Origin: a virus | Taxonomy: Duplodnaviria > Heunggongvirae > Uroviricota > Caudoviricetes | Length of the DNA: 47,118 nt | Reading direction: 5' to 3' (one strand) | IMG/VR virus record: IMGVR_UViG_2634166512_000003 | Part shown: piece after piece, positions 26,520-36,150 of the stretch | How positions within the stretch are numbered: the first letter of the stretch is position 1 | Layout of the letters: each line of letters opens with the position of its first letter | Notes under the pieces: model-generated | What the model was told of the DNA's origin: nothing | Databases searched by the model: none | The model's input: only the letters and a program-made list of their open reading frames with translations | Position numbers and translations under genes: made by a program

Positions 26520-26765
26520 TTAAGGTAACCGATTTGACCATTTAGTTGCACGCCAGTTGTTCTGAATCATAATCTCCTCAAGTATCTCATCTGAAGGCTC
26601 TGCTTCGCCGCTTAACCATTCTCTTAAAGTTGGACAATGTAGGTAAGAGGAGTTCGCACGATAAAAAGATACGATGGCGTCCTCTGATAACTTCTCAGGA
26701 AATTTTTTGGGGTCAGCTTCTTTTAATATTACGCTCATTAAGGCTTCGATTTTTTCTTTGTTCAT
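26520..26765 (-). CDS. hypothetical small protein (81 aa) in AT-rich segment
   Basis: Internal ATG of the 187-aa ORF-track entry; the upstream extension overlaps the cos-like/terminase upstream region and is unlikely to be coding. Confidence 0.3.
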   Translation of the reverse strand: MNKEKIEALMSVILKEADPKKFPEKLSEDAIVSFYRANSSYLHCPTLREWLSGEAEPSDEILEEIMIQNNWRATKWSNRLP

Positions 26766-27137
26766 TTTTTTTGTGTGCTCATGGTTGTTGCTTTTCTGTA
26801 AGAATATCAATAATTTCAAGATATATACACATAGGGAAAACTTTGTTCGGTAGTCTATCGATACAGCGCAAAAGGATGGCTCGCTGCCAAAGTGAAAGCT
26901 TACGCTGATAATGAGATACACAAAGCTGATGTATGCAAACAAGTACGCCGCGAGGCTACAGTCGAGTTTGATGAACCTGATGCGAGCCCCCGATTCCTGT
27001 CCTGAAAGGGATATAGCCCCCCTGGTCGCGGGTCCTTTCCGAAATTCAAAACACCGAGGGTCGGTAGACGCGCAAAAACTCACTCATTTTTAGTATTTTT
27101 TCATTTTATGTATTTCCGGTTCCGGTGAGGATTTTTA

Positions 27138-27704
27138 ATGGCAAGTCAGGCTGAGGTCGCAGCACATTTACTGCTATCAGATCGTCGTCTGCGCGATCTC
27201 GCAAAACTTCCGGGAGCACCAGTCCCACAAGGACGTGGTGATTGGGAGCTAGACGCCTGGCGCCATTTCTATATTCATTATCTCCGGAGTAATAGACGCG
27301 ACACAGTTGGTACTGACGAACCGGAAGTGGGGGACAATTCTCCCGAAAAAAATCGCGAGCAGTGGCTGAAAAATGAGGAACGACAGGAGCGAATCCTGAT
27401 GGCTCGCGTGAAACGCCGCATTCTTGCTAAACGCTACGCGCCAATTGAATTAATCAGCGTCGCTGTATCTCGCGTCGCAGTTGAATTACGTACCCGTGTC
27501 GAATCGTGGCCACCACGGTTGAAAAAGGTGTGGCCTGAAATGCCGCAGGAGGCGAGCAGTGTTTTACGAGAGGAGCTGGCGATAGCCCTGAATGAACTGG
27601 CAGACATACGAGTCGACTTCAGCGATTACGATGTCAGCGATATCGAACGCGATCTCGACAGGGTTGAATCCCTTGCGCGTGACGATACCGATGACGGGGG
27701 TTGA
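27138..27704 (+). CDS. terminase small subunit (Nu1-position)
   Basis: 188-aa gene directly upstream of and overlapping the large terminase gene; assignment by synteny. Confidence 0.55.
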   Translation: MASQAEVAAHLLLSDRRLRDLAKLPGAPVPQGRGDWELDAWRHFYIHYLRSNRRDTVGTDEPEVGDNSPEKNREQWLKNEERQERILMARVKRRILAKRYAPIELISVAVSRVAVELRTRVESWPPRLKKVWPEMPQEASSVLREELAIALNELADIRVDFSDYDVSDIERDLDRVESLARDDTDDGG

Positions 27705-29556
27705 GTGGGCTGATAAATATTTTTATCTCCCTGAGGGCTCCAGCCACATCGCTGGCCACTGGACGACTCAGCCGGTCCAGGTAGTGATGCTCAATATGAT
27801 GACTAACGACGCGATAAAAATCGTGTCTGTTCGCAAATCAGCTCGTCTCGGTTATACAAAAATACTCGTCGCGGCGCTGCTCTATTTCGCTGAGCACAAA
27901 AAACGTAGTGCCGTGGTCTATCAGCCTATCGATGACGAATCGGATGGATTTGTTGCCGACGAGGTTGACCCCGCTATCGCCGAAATGCCGGTGATTCAGA
28001 AAATTTTCCCCGACTGGGATAAAAGCAACGAGCGTAACAATCTCCAGCGTAAAGAAATGAGCGGCGCGATTATTGATTTTCGCGGCGCGAGTGCACCAGG
28101 AAATTTCCGGCGACTAACGAAACAGGTTGTCGAGGGTGACGAAGTTGACGGCTGGCCGCTGGAAGTTGCCAAAAAAGGCAAAGGCGAGGGCTCGCCCATC
28201 GAACTGGCGCTCGTTCGAATTAAAGGGGCAGCGTACCCGAAGGCGATTTTCGGCTCGACGCCAACCGTCACCGGAAAAAGTCATATTGAAATGCTGGAGG
28301 ATGCCGCTGACCTGACGTTTCGTTTTTACCTGAAATGTCCGCATTGTGGCGAGGAGCAGGTCCTGGTATTTGGTTTCGACGGCATCGAATATGGCCTCAA
28401 ATGGGATAATAGCCTGCAGACAAATGAGGCGAAATCGTCGTCCGCGTATTACCAGTGCTGCCACTGTCCTGAGCATTTTTACTATCGCGATCTCGAAAAA
28501 ATGGAGCTCGCGGGGCGCTGGATAGCAGAGGACTGCACCTGGACGCGGGACGGTATTCGTTTTTTTGATCACGACGGTGGTGTCGTTCGCGCGCCGAAAC
28601 ACGCGGCGATCGTGATAAACGCCATGTATTCGCTGAATCTCGACGGCTGGGGCGAGATTGTCAGCGAGTGGCTGAAAGCGAAGGGCGATCCGCTCAAAGA
28701 AAAGACGTTTCATAACACGACGCTCGGCGAACTCTGGAGTGACGTAGCCAGCGAGCAGCTGGAGCACGATATTCTGGTTAATCGCCGGGAAAAATACGCC
28801 AGCCAGGTTCCTGACGGTGTTGTTTATCTGACCGGCGGCATCGACTCTCAGACGTCCGGTCGCTACGAGTGTTACGTGTGGGGCTGGGGAGTGGAGGAGG
28901 AGTGCTGGCTGATTGATAAAACAATCGTCCTCGGTCGCTACGACGAGGAGGACACGCTGCAGCGCGTCGACGGAGTGATTCGCAAACAATACCGGCGCAG
29001 CGACGGGACCACAATCGGCGTCAGTCGCTGGGCGTGGGATACCGGTGGTATAGATGCGCAGGTCGTTTATAACCGCTCGCTGAAACTCGGTCCGCTGTGG
29101 GTCATTCCAATTAAAGGTGCGAGTTCATACGGTCAGCCAGTCGTAAATATGCCGCGTACACGTAACGCGAATAAAGTCTATTTGTCGTTAATCGGTACTG
29201 ATACGGCAAAAGATTTGCTCGCAATGCGCCTGCCGCTGGAACCCGATTCTAAATCGGCGACACCAAGTGCGATTCATTTTCCCAACGACGACGAAATATT
29301 CGGCACGACAGAGGCAAAACAGCTCGTCTCTGAAGTTCTGATCCCGAAACTGATTAACGGTCGCGTCGTTTATCGCTGGGACAACCAGGGCCGGCGAAAT
29401 GAGGCGCTCGACTGCTGGGTATACGCGCTGGCAGCGCTACGTATCAGTAAAATTCGTTTCCAGCTCAATCTCGAGACGCTCGCTGAGCAACGGAAAAAAT
29501 CACAAAACAAACTGTCTCTCGAGGAGATGGCCAGAATGCTCGGAGGGAGCTCATGA
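27631..29556 (+). CDS. terminase large subunit, lambda gpA-like
   Basis: VEWADKYFYLPEG, VSVRKSARLGYTK, CPHCGEEQ, WGWG and NEALDCWVYALAALR blocks match recalled lambda gpA; start ambiguous (27592, 27631 or 27691). Confidence 0.85.
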   Translation: MSAISNAISTGLNPLRVTIPMTGVEWADKYFYLPEGSSHIAGHWTTQPVQVVMLNMMTNDAIKIVSVRKSARLGYTKILVAALLYFAEHKKRSAVVYQPIDDESDGFVADEVDPAIAEMPVIQKIFPDWDKSNERNNLQRKEMSGAIIDFRGASAPGNFRRLTKQVVEGDEVDGWPLEVAKKGKGEGSPIELALVRIKGAAYPKAIFGSTPTVTGKSHIEMLEDAADLTFRFYLKCPHCGEEQVLVFGFDGIEYGLKWDNSLQTNEAKSSSAYYQCCHCPEHFYYRDLEKMELAGRWIAEDCTWTRDGIRFFDHDGGVVRAPKHAAIVINAMYSLNLDGWGEIVSEWLKAKGDPLKEKTFHNTTLGELWSDVASEQLEHDILVNRREKYASQVPDGVVYLTGGIDSQTSGRYECYVWGWGVEEECWLIDKTIVLGRYDEEDTLQRVDGVIRKQYRRSDGTTIGVSRWAWDTGGIDAQVVYNRSLKLGPLWVIPIKGASSYGQPVVNMPRTRNANKVYLSLIGTDTAKDLLAMRLPLEPDSKSATPSAIHFPNDDEIFGTTEAKQLVSEVLIPKLINGRVVYRWDNQGRRNEALDCWVYALAALRISKIRFQLNLETLAEQRKKSQNKLSLEEMARMLGGSS

Positions 29557-29786
29557 TGTCGCGCGAGGTTTTAACAGAACGGCTGCTGGAAGCTGAAATT
29601 GCCCTGCACAAATTATTAACGGGTAGATCGACTGTATCGCTGTCTCACGGCGATTCAGCGGGAAATAACCGGAGCTATCAATACTCACAGGCGAGTATTG
29701 AACAGCTCCGAACGTACATTATCGAGCTGAAATCACAGCTCGGTCTGAGTACGGGACGCCGCCGTCCCGTGGGAGTTCGATTATGA
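29553..29786 (+). CDS. head-tail joining protein W-like
   Basis: 77 aa; ALHKLLTG and IIELKSQLG resemble recalled lambda gpW; position after terminase. Confidence 0.7.
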   Translation: MMSREVLTERLLEAEIALHKLLTGRSTVSLSHGDSAGNNRSYQYSQASIEQLRTYIIELKSQLGLSTGRRRPVGVRL

Positions 29787-31354
29787 CTGCTCAGCAGTTG
29801 CTCGGGCCTGACGGTAAAACGCCACTACGCCGTTACGCGGGGTATAACGGCGGCGGTCCCGGCTTCGGTGGCCAGCTGATTGACTGGAATGCACCACAGC
29901 AAAGCGCCGATGCGGCACTGCTGCCTAATTTTTATCGCGGTAACGCGCGAGCAGACGATCTCGTTCGTAATAACGGCGTCGCGTCGAACGCCGTGCAGCT
30001 GCATCAGGATCATATCGTCGGCAATCTGTTTAAGTTGAGTTATCGCCCTAACTGGCGTTACATCGGGATATCTCGCGAGGACGCCAGGGCGCTGGCGCGT
30101 GACGTTGAGGTCGCGTGGACTGAATACGCCGAGGACCCTCACTGCACGATTGATATCGAGCGGAAACGGACGTTCACAATGATGATTCGCGAAGGCGTGG
30201 CCACTCACGCGTTCAACGGTGAAACCTGCGTACAACCGGTGTGGGAGAGCTGCGCCGGCAGCGTTTTTCGGACGCGATTCAAAATGGTCTCACCGAAACG
30301 AATTCGAAATCCTGGCTACGCAGCTGACACTCAATTTCGCCGCGCCGGTGTTGATATCGATAAAAACGGGGCCGCGGTTGGGTACTGGATAGCCGAGGAT
30401 ACCTATCCCCTCGGCGGAGTTGGTAAATGCCGGCGCATACCAGCAAAACTCAGCAGCGGCAGACACGCATTCATTCACATATTCGAGCCGCTCGAGGACG
30501 GACAAACCCGCGGAGATAACATTTTTTACAGCGTAATGGAGCGGCTGAAAATGCTCGATACGCTGCAGCAAACACAGCTGCAGAGCGCCATCGTGAAGGC
30601 GATGTACGCCGCCACAATCGAATCAGAGCTCGACAGCCAGCAGGCGTTTGAATATATCGCCGGCGCGGGTACTGATATCGACTCGAACCCGCTGAGTTCG
30701 TTTATTCAGAGTTACGTGACGTACTACAACGGCGCAAATATCAAGCTCGGTGGTGTGAAAGTTCCCCACCTGCATCCCGGCGACAAACTCAGTTTACAGA
30801 CCGCTCAGAATGCTGATGCTGGTTTCAGTTCGCTGGAAAAATCACTCCTGCGTTACGTTGCCGCTGGCGTCGGCGCGTCATATGAGGAACTGAGTCGGGA
30901 CTACAGCCAGGTCAGTTACTCCAGCGCGCGGGCCAGCGCAAACGTGAGCTGGCGTTTTTTCATGGGCCGTCGACGTTTTATCGCCGCACGACAGGCGTCA
31001 CTGATGTTCTGCTGCTGGTTTGAGGAAGCTCTGGCGCGCGGAGTTATCACCCTGCCACGCTCAGCGGTCCGGTCGTTTTATGAAGCGCGGAACTCCTGGA
31101 CGAACGCGCTCTGGATCGGCGCTGGTCGCATGGCGATTGATGGGCTGAAAGAGGTTCAGGAGAGCGCCATGCGCATCACGACTGGCCTCAGCACGTATCA
31201 GAACGAACTCGCGCTGCAGGGGCAGGACTACGAGGAGGTCATGGAACAACAGGAATACGAAATTCAGCGCCGGCGCGAAATGGGGCTGAGCGAACCATCC
31301 TGGTCAGTATCTCACCCCTCAAATACCAACGATAACGGCTGGGGAGGTAACTGA
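29783..31354 (+). CDS. portal protein (lambda gpB-like)
   Basis: 523-aa protein between W and the protease gene; synteny with lambda head module. Confidence 0.8.
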   Translation: MTAQQLLGPDGKTPLRRYAGYNGGGPGFGGQLIDWNAPQQSADAALLPNFYRGNARADDLVRNNGVASNAVQLHQDHIVGNLFKLSYRPNWRYIGISREDARALARDVEVAWTEYAEDPHCTIDIERKRTFTMMIREGVATHAFNGETCVQPVWESCAGSVFRTRFKMVSPKRIRNPGYAADTQFRRAGVDIDKNGAAVGYWIAEDTYPLGGVGKCRRIPAKLSSGRHAFIHIFEPLEDGQTRGDNIFYSVMERLKMLDTLQQTQLQSAIVKAMYAATIESELDSQQAFEYIAGAGTDIDSNPLSSFIQSYVTYYNGANIKLGGVKVPHLHPGDKLSLQTAQNADAGFSSLEKSLLRYVAAGVGASYEELSRDYSQVSYSSARASANVSWRFFMGRRRFIAARQASLMFCCWFEEALARGVITLPRSAVRSFYEARNSWTNALWIGAGRMAIDGLKEVQESAMRITTGLSTYQNELALQGQDYEEVMEQQEYEIQRRREMGLSEPSWSVSHPSNTNDNGWGGN

Positions 31355-32664
31355 TGCCGTGGAACAATTTTCCGCACCTCGCCGCTAGGGCGTTCAATCA
31401 ACCGCTTTTGCTGGAGCCCGCCTACGCGCGGGTATTTTTTTCTGCGCTGAGCGACCGGTTCGGTACCGGGCGACTGATTGATACAGCGTCAGGAGAGGTA
31501 ATGAACAGCGACGAAATGAACGCGCTCGCGATGGGGTGGGACAGCAGCGAGCGAACACGCCAGAAATCGTATCGCGTGGAGCGTGGTATAGCCGTTCTGC
31601 CGGTTACCGGGACGCTGGTTCATAAATTGGGTTATATCAATCCGGTCAGCGGGATGAGTGGTTACGACGGAATCGCAAAACGCCTGCAGCAGGCGATTTC
31701 TGATCCCGATGTTAAGGGGATCCTGCTGGATATTGATTCCCCTGGCGGTGAGGTCGCCGGCGCGTTTGATACCGCTGATTTAATCGCCCGGGCGCGAGAG
31801 CAAAAACCGGTGTGGGCGCTGGCCAGCGATACGGCCTGCAGCGCCGCATATTTGCTGGCGTCAGCGTGTTCGCGCCGGCTGATAACGCAGACCGGCACGG
31901 TTGGTTCAATCGGTGTCCTGATGGCTCACCGCTGCGTCGAAAAGGCGCTGGAGATTGCCGGCGTTGACGTGACGCTGATTTACGCCGGCGCGCACAAAGT
32001 CGACGGGAACCCGTATTCCCAGCTGCCCGACGACGTTCGCGACGAATTCCAGCTGAGTATTAACAGCACACGCGAGCAGTTCGCGCAAAAAGTCTCGGAT
32101 TATACCGGGCTGAAAAAATCCAGGGTGCTGGCCACAGAGGCCGCAGTATTTATCGGCGCGGACGCGATTAAATCTGGTCTCGCTGATCAACTCGTTAATT
32201 ACGCGGACGCTATCGCAGTGATGGCCGACGCACTGAAACCAAAAACGGAGCGATTTATGCCAGGTACAACAGAAACCACGGCGGAGACCACGACCACAGA
32301 ACAAACCGCGGCTACGACTACGGTCGCGCCGGTTGAGTCCAACGCGGAGCAGATTCGCGCGGACGCCGCATCGAGCGAACTGGCACGCGTGATGGCCATC
32401 ATCAACTGTCCCGAAGCTGTTGGGCGCGAGGCGCAGGCAAAAGCGCTCGCTGCCGTCCCCGGGATGACGGTCGGGCAGGCGCAGGCTGTCCTCGCGGCAG
32501 CACCGCAAACAGCGCAGGCGCGGACAGAAACGGCGCTCGATACACTCATGAGCACTGAATCACCGGAAACTATTCAGGATGCCGGCAGCACCACGGCAAC
32601 AGGAACAACCGCAAACGTCTCGATGCTGGTCGCGGCAGGGCGTTCAATTTTAGGGGATGAATAA
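31354..32664 (+). CDS. prohead protease / scaffold (lambda gpC-like, ClpP/S49-type)
   Basis: GILLDIDSPGGEVAG and SAAYLLASAC motifs typical of S49-family head proteases; Thr/Ala-rich C-terminal scaffold-like region. Confidence 0.8.
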   Translation: MPWNNFPHLAARAFNQPLLLEPAYARVFFSALSDRFGTGRLIDTASGEVMNSDEMNALAMGWDSSERTRQKSYRVERGIAVLPVTGTLVHKLGYINPVSGMSGYDGIAKRLQQAISDPDVKGILLDIDSPGGEVAGAFDTADLIARAREQKPVWALASDTACSAAYLLASACSRRLITQTGTVGSIGVLMAHRCVEKALEIAGVDVTLIYAGAHKVDGNPYSQLPDDVRDEFQLSINSTREQFAQKVSDYTGLKKSRVLATEAAVFIGADAIKSGLADQLVNYADAIAVMADALKPKTERFMPGTTETTAETTTTEQTAATTTVAPVESNAEQIRADAASSELARVMAIINCPEAVGREAQAKALAAVPGMTVGQAQAVLAAAPQTAQARTETALDTLMSTESPETIQDAGSTTATGTTANVSMLVAAGRSILGDE

Positions 32665-32993
32665 TGACCACAGAAACGTATAGCCCGGATGATTTTATTC
32701 TGGGACCCGATCTTGTTGTGACGACCGTCGGTCATTTTCAGGGCGGGATCAACGTACCCCGGCTGACACCGATTATGCTCGACGCTACTGCCGGGACGTT
32801 TAAAGTCTGGGACGGCTCAATTGGTAAGGCGGTTGGTCTCACAGCCACAGCAGTTAATACAGGCTCCAGTTCTGCAGACTGCTCGTACTACAAATCAGGA
32901 TCGTTTCGTTATACGGCGATTAACTGGGGTACGGTTACTGACGTCGCTAAACGCAAATCAGCGTTTGCTGGTACGCCAGTCAGCGTTGGCTGA
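32664..32993 (+). CDS. head decoration protein D-like
   Basis: TPIMLDATAG, KVWDG, YKSGSFRY and AFAGT match recalled lambda gpD. Confidence 0.8.
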   Translation: MTTETYSPDDFILGPDLVVTTVGHFQGGINVPRLTPIMLDATAGTFKVWDGSIGKAVGLTATAVNTGSSSADCSYYKSGSFRYTAINWGTVTDVAKRKSAFAGTPVSVG

Positions 32994-33017
32994 TAGCAAA
33001 AAAAAAAACTCAAAACA

Positions 33018-33042
33018 AGCCGCCTCCGGGCGGTTTTTTTAT
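33018..33042 (+). terminator. terminator-like hairpin between decoration and major capsid genes
   Basis: GCCGCCTCCGGGCGG GC-rich hairpin followed by TTTTTTT, preceded by an A11 tract. Confidence 0.4.
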
Positions 33043-33055
33043 ACAGGATATATAA

Positions 33056-34090
33056 ATGAGCGATTCGTTTACTACGTCAGAACTGATTACCGCAACGCAG
33101 CAGGTATTTAAGTTCAATCCGTTGTTTTTAAGATTGTTTTTCCGTGAGACCTACACGTTTACGAGCGAAGAGGTTTTTCTGGATAAAATCCCGGGCAAAG
33201 TCAATATGGCGGTATATTGCGCGCCGATGATCACCGGCAAAGTTGACCGCACTCGCGGCTATTCAACGAACCATTTCAAACCGGGTTACACGAAGCCGAA
33301 ACACACGATCAATCCGAATATGAGCATTAAGCGCGCCGCCGGTGAGCAAATTGGTCAGCCGGAAACGCCGGTCGAACGTCGTGCAAAAATCATCATGCAG
33401 AACCTGCTCGACGAGGAACTCAGCATCAGTCAGCTCGAAGAGTTCCAGGCAGTGCAGGCGGTTCTGTACGGTAAATACACAGTCTCCGGCAGCAATATCG
33501 AGACCTATGAGATCGATATGAGCCGCAGCGCGACGAATAACGTCACTCAGTCCGGTTCGACAGCCTGGTCTACTCAGGACGCGGAAACGTATGACCCGAG
33601 CGACGATATCGAATCCTATGCAGACCTCGCCTCCGGTGCTGTTAACGTGATCATCATGGACGGTAAAGCCTGGAAGCAGTTGAAGCGCTTTAAAAAATTC
33701 TGGACGGCACTGGATACGCGCCGTGGCTCAAACAGCCAGCTCGAAGTCGCGCTGAAAAACCTGGGCGATGTCGTTAGCTTTAAGGGCTATTACGGCGACA
33801 CGGCGCTGTTCGTTTACAAGGGGCAATATATTGACCCTGTAACAGGCATTGAAACGCGTTATATGCCGGATAACACGATGATCCTGGGCAACACAAAAAA
33901 TCGCGGACTCCGCACGTATGGCGCGATTCAGGACGAAGACGCGCTGAAAGAGGGGATCTGCGAGGCCACGCGCTATCCAAAAGTCTGGACGACGACCGGT
34001 GATCCGGCAGTGACGCAGACAATGACTCAATCCGCGCCAGCAATGGTGCTCACGGACGCTGATGCATTCGTCGTCGTAAAAATCGCGTAA
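33056..34090 (+). CDS. major capsid protein E-like
   Basis: FKFNPLFLRLFFRETY, KPKH, TRRGSNS and LPDNTMILGNT blocks match recalled lambda gpE. Confidence 0.9.
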   Translation: MSDSFTTSELITATQQVFKFNPLFLRLFFRETYTFTSEEVFLDKIPGKVNMAVYCAPMITGKVDRTRGYSTNHFKPGYTKPKHTINPNMSIKRAAGEQIGQPETPVERRAKIIMQNLLDEELSISQLEEFQAVQAVLYGKYTVSGSNIETYEIDMSRSATNNVTQSGSTAWSTQDAETYDPSDDIESYADLASGAVNVIIMDGKAWKQLKRFKKFWTALDTRRGSNSQLEVALKNLGDVVSFKGYYGDTALFVYKGQYIDPVTGIETRYMPDNTMILGNTKNRGLRTYGAIQDEDALKEGICEATRYPKVWTTTGDPAVTQTMTQSAPAMVLTDADAFVVVKIA

Positions 34091-34120
34091 GAGCCGAAAG
34101 GCTCTTTTTAAGGAATCAAC

Positions 34121-34528
34121 ATGAGCACAAAAACAGAATTGCTGGCGCGCATCGATGATCTGAGCGCCCAGCTTGGTCGCGAATTACCGCGTAGCGGGAC
34201 TATTGCGGAACTGGAATCAATCGTCGCCGGCGCTGAGTCAGAGCTCGATATTCTGAACGAGCAATCCGGCGACGAGAGTGATGCCGACACTAATGCAAGC
34301 GCATCAGATGATGGTGACGGTGCCGAACAACCGTCAATCGCGAGCACGACGTCACAACCAGAACTGTCCCCCGCCACGCGCCGCGTCAGACTGCGTAACA
34401 CGCTGGACGTTTATCACTACGTGAACGGGCGTCGCGTTCGCGAGATTGTTGCTGCTGGCCGGGAAATTGTTGTTGATTCACCGGAGGTTGCAGACCTCAT
34501 CGCAGCTGATCACGTTTACGCGCTATGA
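34121..34528 (+). CDS. DNA packaging protein FI-like
   Basis: N-terminus TKTELLARIDDLSAQL resembles recalled lambda FI; acidic central region; position after capsid gene. Confidence 0.5.
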   Translation: MSTKTELLARIDDLSAQLGRELPRSGTIAELESIVAGAESELDILNEQSGDESDADTNASASDDGDGAEQPSIASTTSQPELSPATRRVRLRNTLDVYHYVNGRRVREIVAAGREIVVDSPEVADLIAADHVYAL

Positions 34529-34905
34529 GCTACTACGATGACCTCCGGGCTGGCGACGAGGAGATGATCCGTGAGTGGGGATGGCCCGTTAAATTACGCG
34601 GTAAAACCGACCCTATTATCGCTATTTTCAACGAGCCTTACGCGCGCGTTGACGTTCCTCACGCTGGTTTTATTACCGGTACAGTAACGAGCCTGACAGC
34701 GCTTTCAGACGACGTCGCTGGCGTTGTTGCGCGTGACGTTGTCCAGGTCCCAAAGCAGCGCAGTATCGCTGCTGACGGCTCTGTTACCTGGTCTGACTGG
34801 ACCGATTACGTGGTTAAAGAGCCTCAACCGGATGGCATCGGTCTCACGAATATTTTTTTAGAGCCTCACACGTCCAGCGAAAACAGCGAGTATTCAAAAT
34901 ACTAA
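34525..34905 (+). CDS. putative head completion / head-tail connector protein
   Basis: Position after FI-like gene; no confident family match. Confidence 0.35.
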   Translation: MSYYDDLRAGDEEMIREWGWPVKLRGKTDPIIAIFNEPYARVDVPHAGFITGTVTSLTALSDDVAGVVARDVVQVPKQRSIAADGSVTWSDWTDYVVKEPQPDGIGLTNIFLEPHTSSENSEYSKY

Positions 34906-34936
34906 GTGGGACCGCGGTCCCACTTAAGGGGGAACC

Positions 34937-35617
34937 GTGGCCGATTTACGTAGTAACGCGCAGATGTTCGATATCGATGTTTCGGCGCTGGAGCAGCTCA
35001 GAGTCGAAATCAGCGCGACGCAACATCAGATGCTGATGGCATACAACAGAGCGCTGAACCGAACTGCAAAGCATATGCACCGAATTTCAGCAGGAATGAT
35101 TTTGACTGCACTGGCAGCTAAAAATCATAAGGCCGTAAATAAACGAATCAAACCGTTCATTAAGCGCCGCAATTTTACAAAAGAAGGGGCAGGAGATCTG
35201 AGTAGCGTAAAACTCTGGTACGGCCTGAACGATTTCCGTGTATCTGAGCTAAAGGGGCAATTACAAAATCCCAGGAAGCAGAAGCAGCCTCGCAATCCAG
35301 AGACCGGTCAATTTTTGAAAACAAAAAAAGGCGCTCGAGGGGCAACTTTTACGCCCAAAAGTGCAGGGCTGGCGATGATTAGTTGGCCAGATTCATTCGT
35401 AGCGAAACGCTACGGTGCGAAAAGCGTCTGGATTCGACTGGCTCGCGGAGGAATCGAAGAGGCTCGCGTACCTGTGCACGACGCGCTTGAGGATGCTATC
35501 GATGATTATATTTTTGAAAACATTGGCCCTGTTTTCATGGGCTTTTTTGAGAAAGATTTGCGCGGTCGAGTGAAAGGACGCGTTCACGTAGACCCTAAAA
35601 CAGGTAAACGATTATGA
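34937..35617 (+). CDS. putative virion morphogenesis / tail completion protein
   Basis: 226-aa ORF between head and baseplate genes. Confidence 0.35.
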   Translation: MADLRSNAQMFDIDVSALEQLRVEISATQHQMLMAYNRALNRTAKHMHRISAGMILTALAAKNHKAVNKRIKPFIKRRNFTKEGAGDLSSVKLWYGLNDFRVSELKGQLQNPRKQKQPRNPETGQFLKTKKGARGATFTPKSAGLAMISWPDSFVAKRYGAKSVWIRLARGGIEEARVPVHDALEDAIDDYIFENIGPVFMGFFEKDLRGRVKGRVHVDPKTGKRL

Positions 35618-36150
35618 GCGGACTGGATGCATTTGACGAATATCTTGATCGCGTTAAAGGCGCGGTTTTACAAATACCGTTCATCAAAACATTCGGAATT
35701 TATCCAGAAATTCCGGCAGGATTTGAAACGCCAGCTCTGTTCCTGGAAATCAGCAACTGGTCACAGAGTGACGAATCGGTTCCAGGCTCAATTCAGTCAG
35801 TCGAGCTGTCGTGTAATTTGTATTTGCTGCGTGAGTTTGCTGCGGATCGGTACGGACTGAAATCGCAGAATGCAGCGCTCTATATGACGAGCTGGATTGA
35901 TGGGCGAATGTTCGGTCCCGGAACTAAACCGGCAAAATTCAGCGACGCGGAACCGTGTGACTGGATTAAAAACGGGCAGTCAGTCGGTTCGCATTCAGTT
36001 CAGTGCGTGTCGTTCACGCAGGTTGTCGGCGTTGGTCCCGATATTTTCGATTACCCATCACAGGGAACCCTGAAAAATTTATATGTCGGAATAGCGCCAG
36101 ATATCGGCGCAGAACATGAGGGCGACTACTATGGCCCAATCGGACGATGA
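35614..36150 (+). CDS. putative tail completion protein
   Basis: 178-aa ORF overlapping neighbours. Confidence 0.35.
   Translation: MSGLDAFDEYLDRVKGAVLQIPFIKTFGIYPEIPAGFETPALFLEISNWSQSDESVPGSIQSVELSCNLYLLREFAADRYGLKSQNAALYMTSWIDGRMFGPGTKPAKFSDAEPCDWIKNGQSVGSHSVQCVSFTQVVGVGPDIFDYPSQGTLKNLYVGIAPDIGAEHEGDYYGPIGR

Noticed and set aside
26520-27083. Full 187-aa minus-strand ORF as a single gene
   Set aside because: Its upstream two-thirds overlaps the cos-like region and terminase leader and has odd composition; only the C-terminal 81-aa portion starting at an internal ATG was kept, at low confidence.
28114-28989. 291-aa minus-strand ORF inside the large terminase gene
   Set aside because: Lies entirely antisense within a confidently identified terminase coding region with strong lambda gpA similarity; treated as a shadow ORF of GC-rich coding sequence.
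31906-32508. 200-aa and 118-aa minus-strand ORFs inside the head protease/scaffold gene
   Set aside because: Antisense to a gene with clear S49 protease motifs; Arg/Cys-rich low-complexity translation typical of spurious reverse-frame ORFs.
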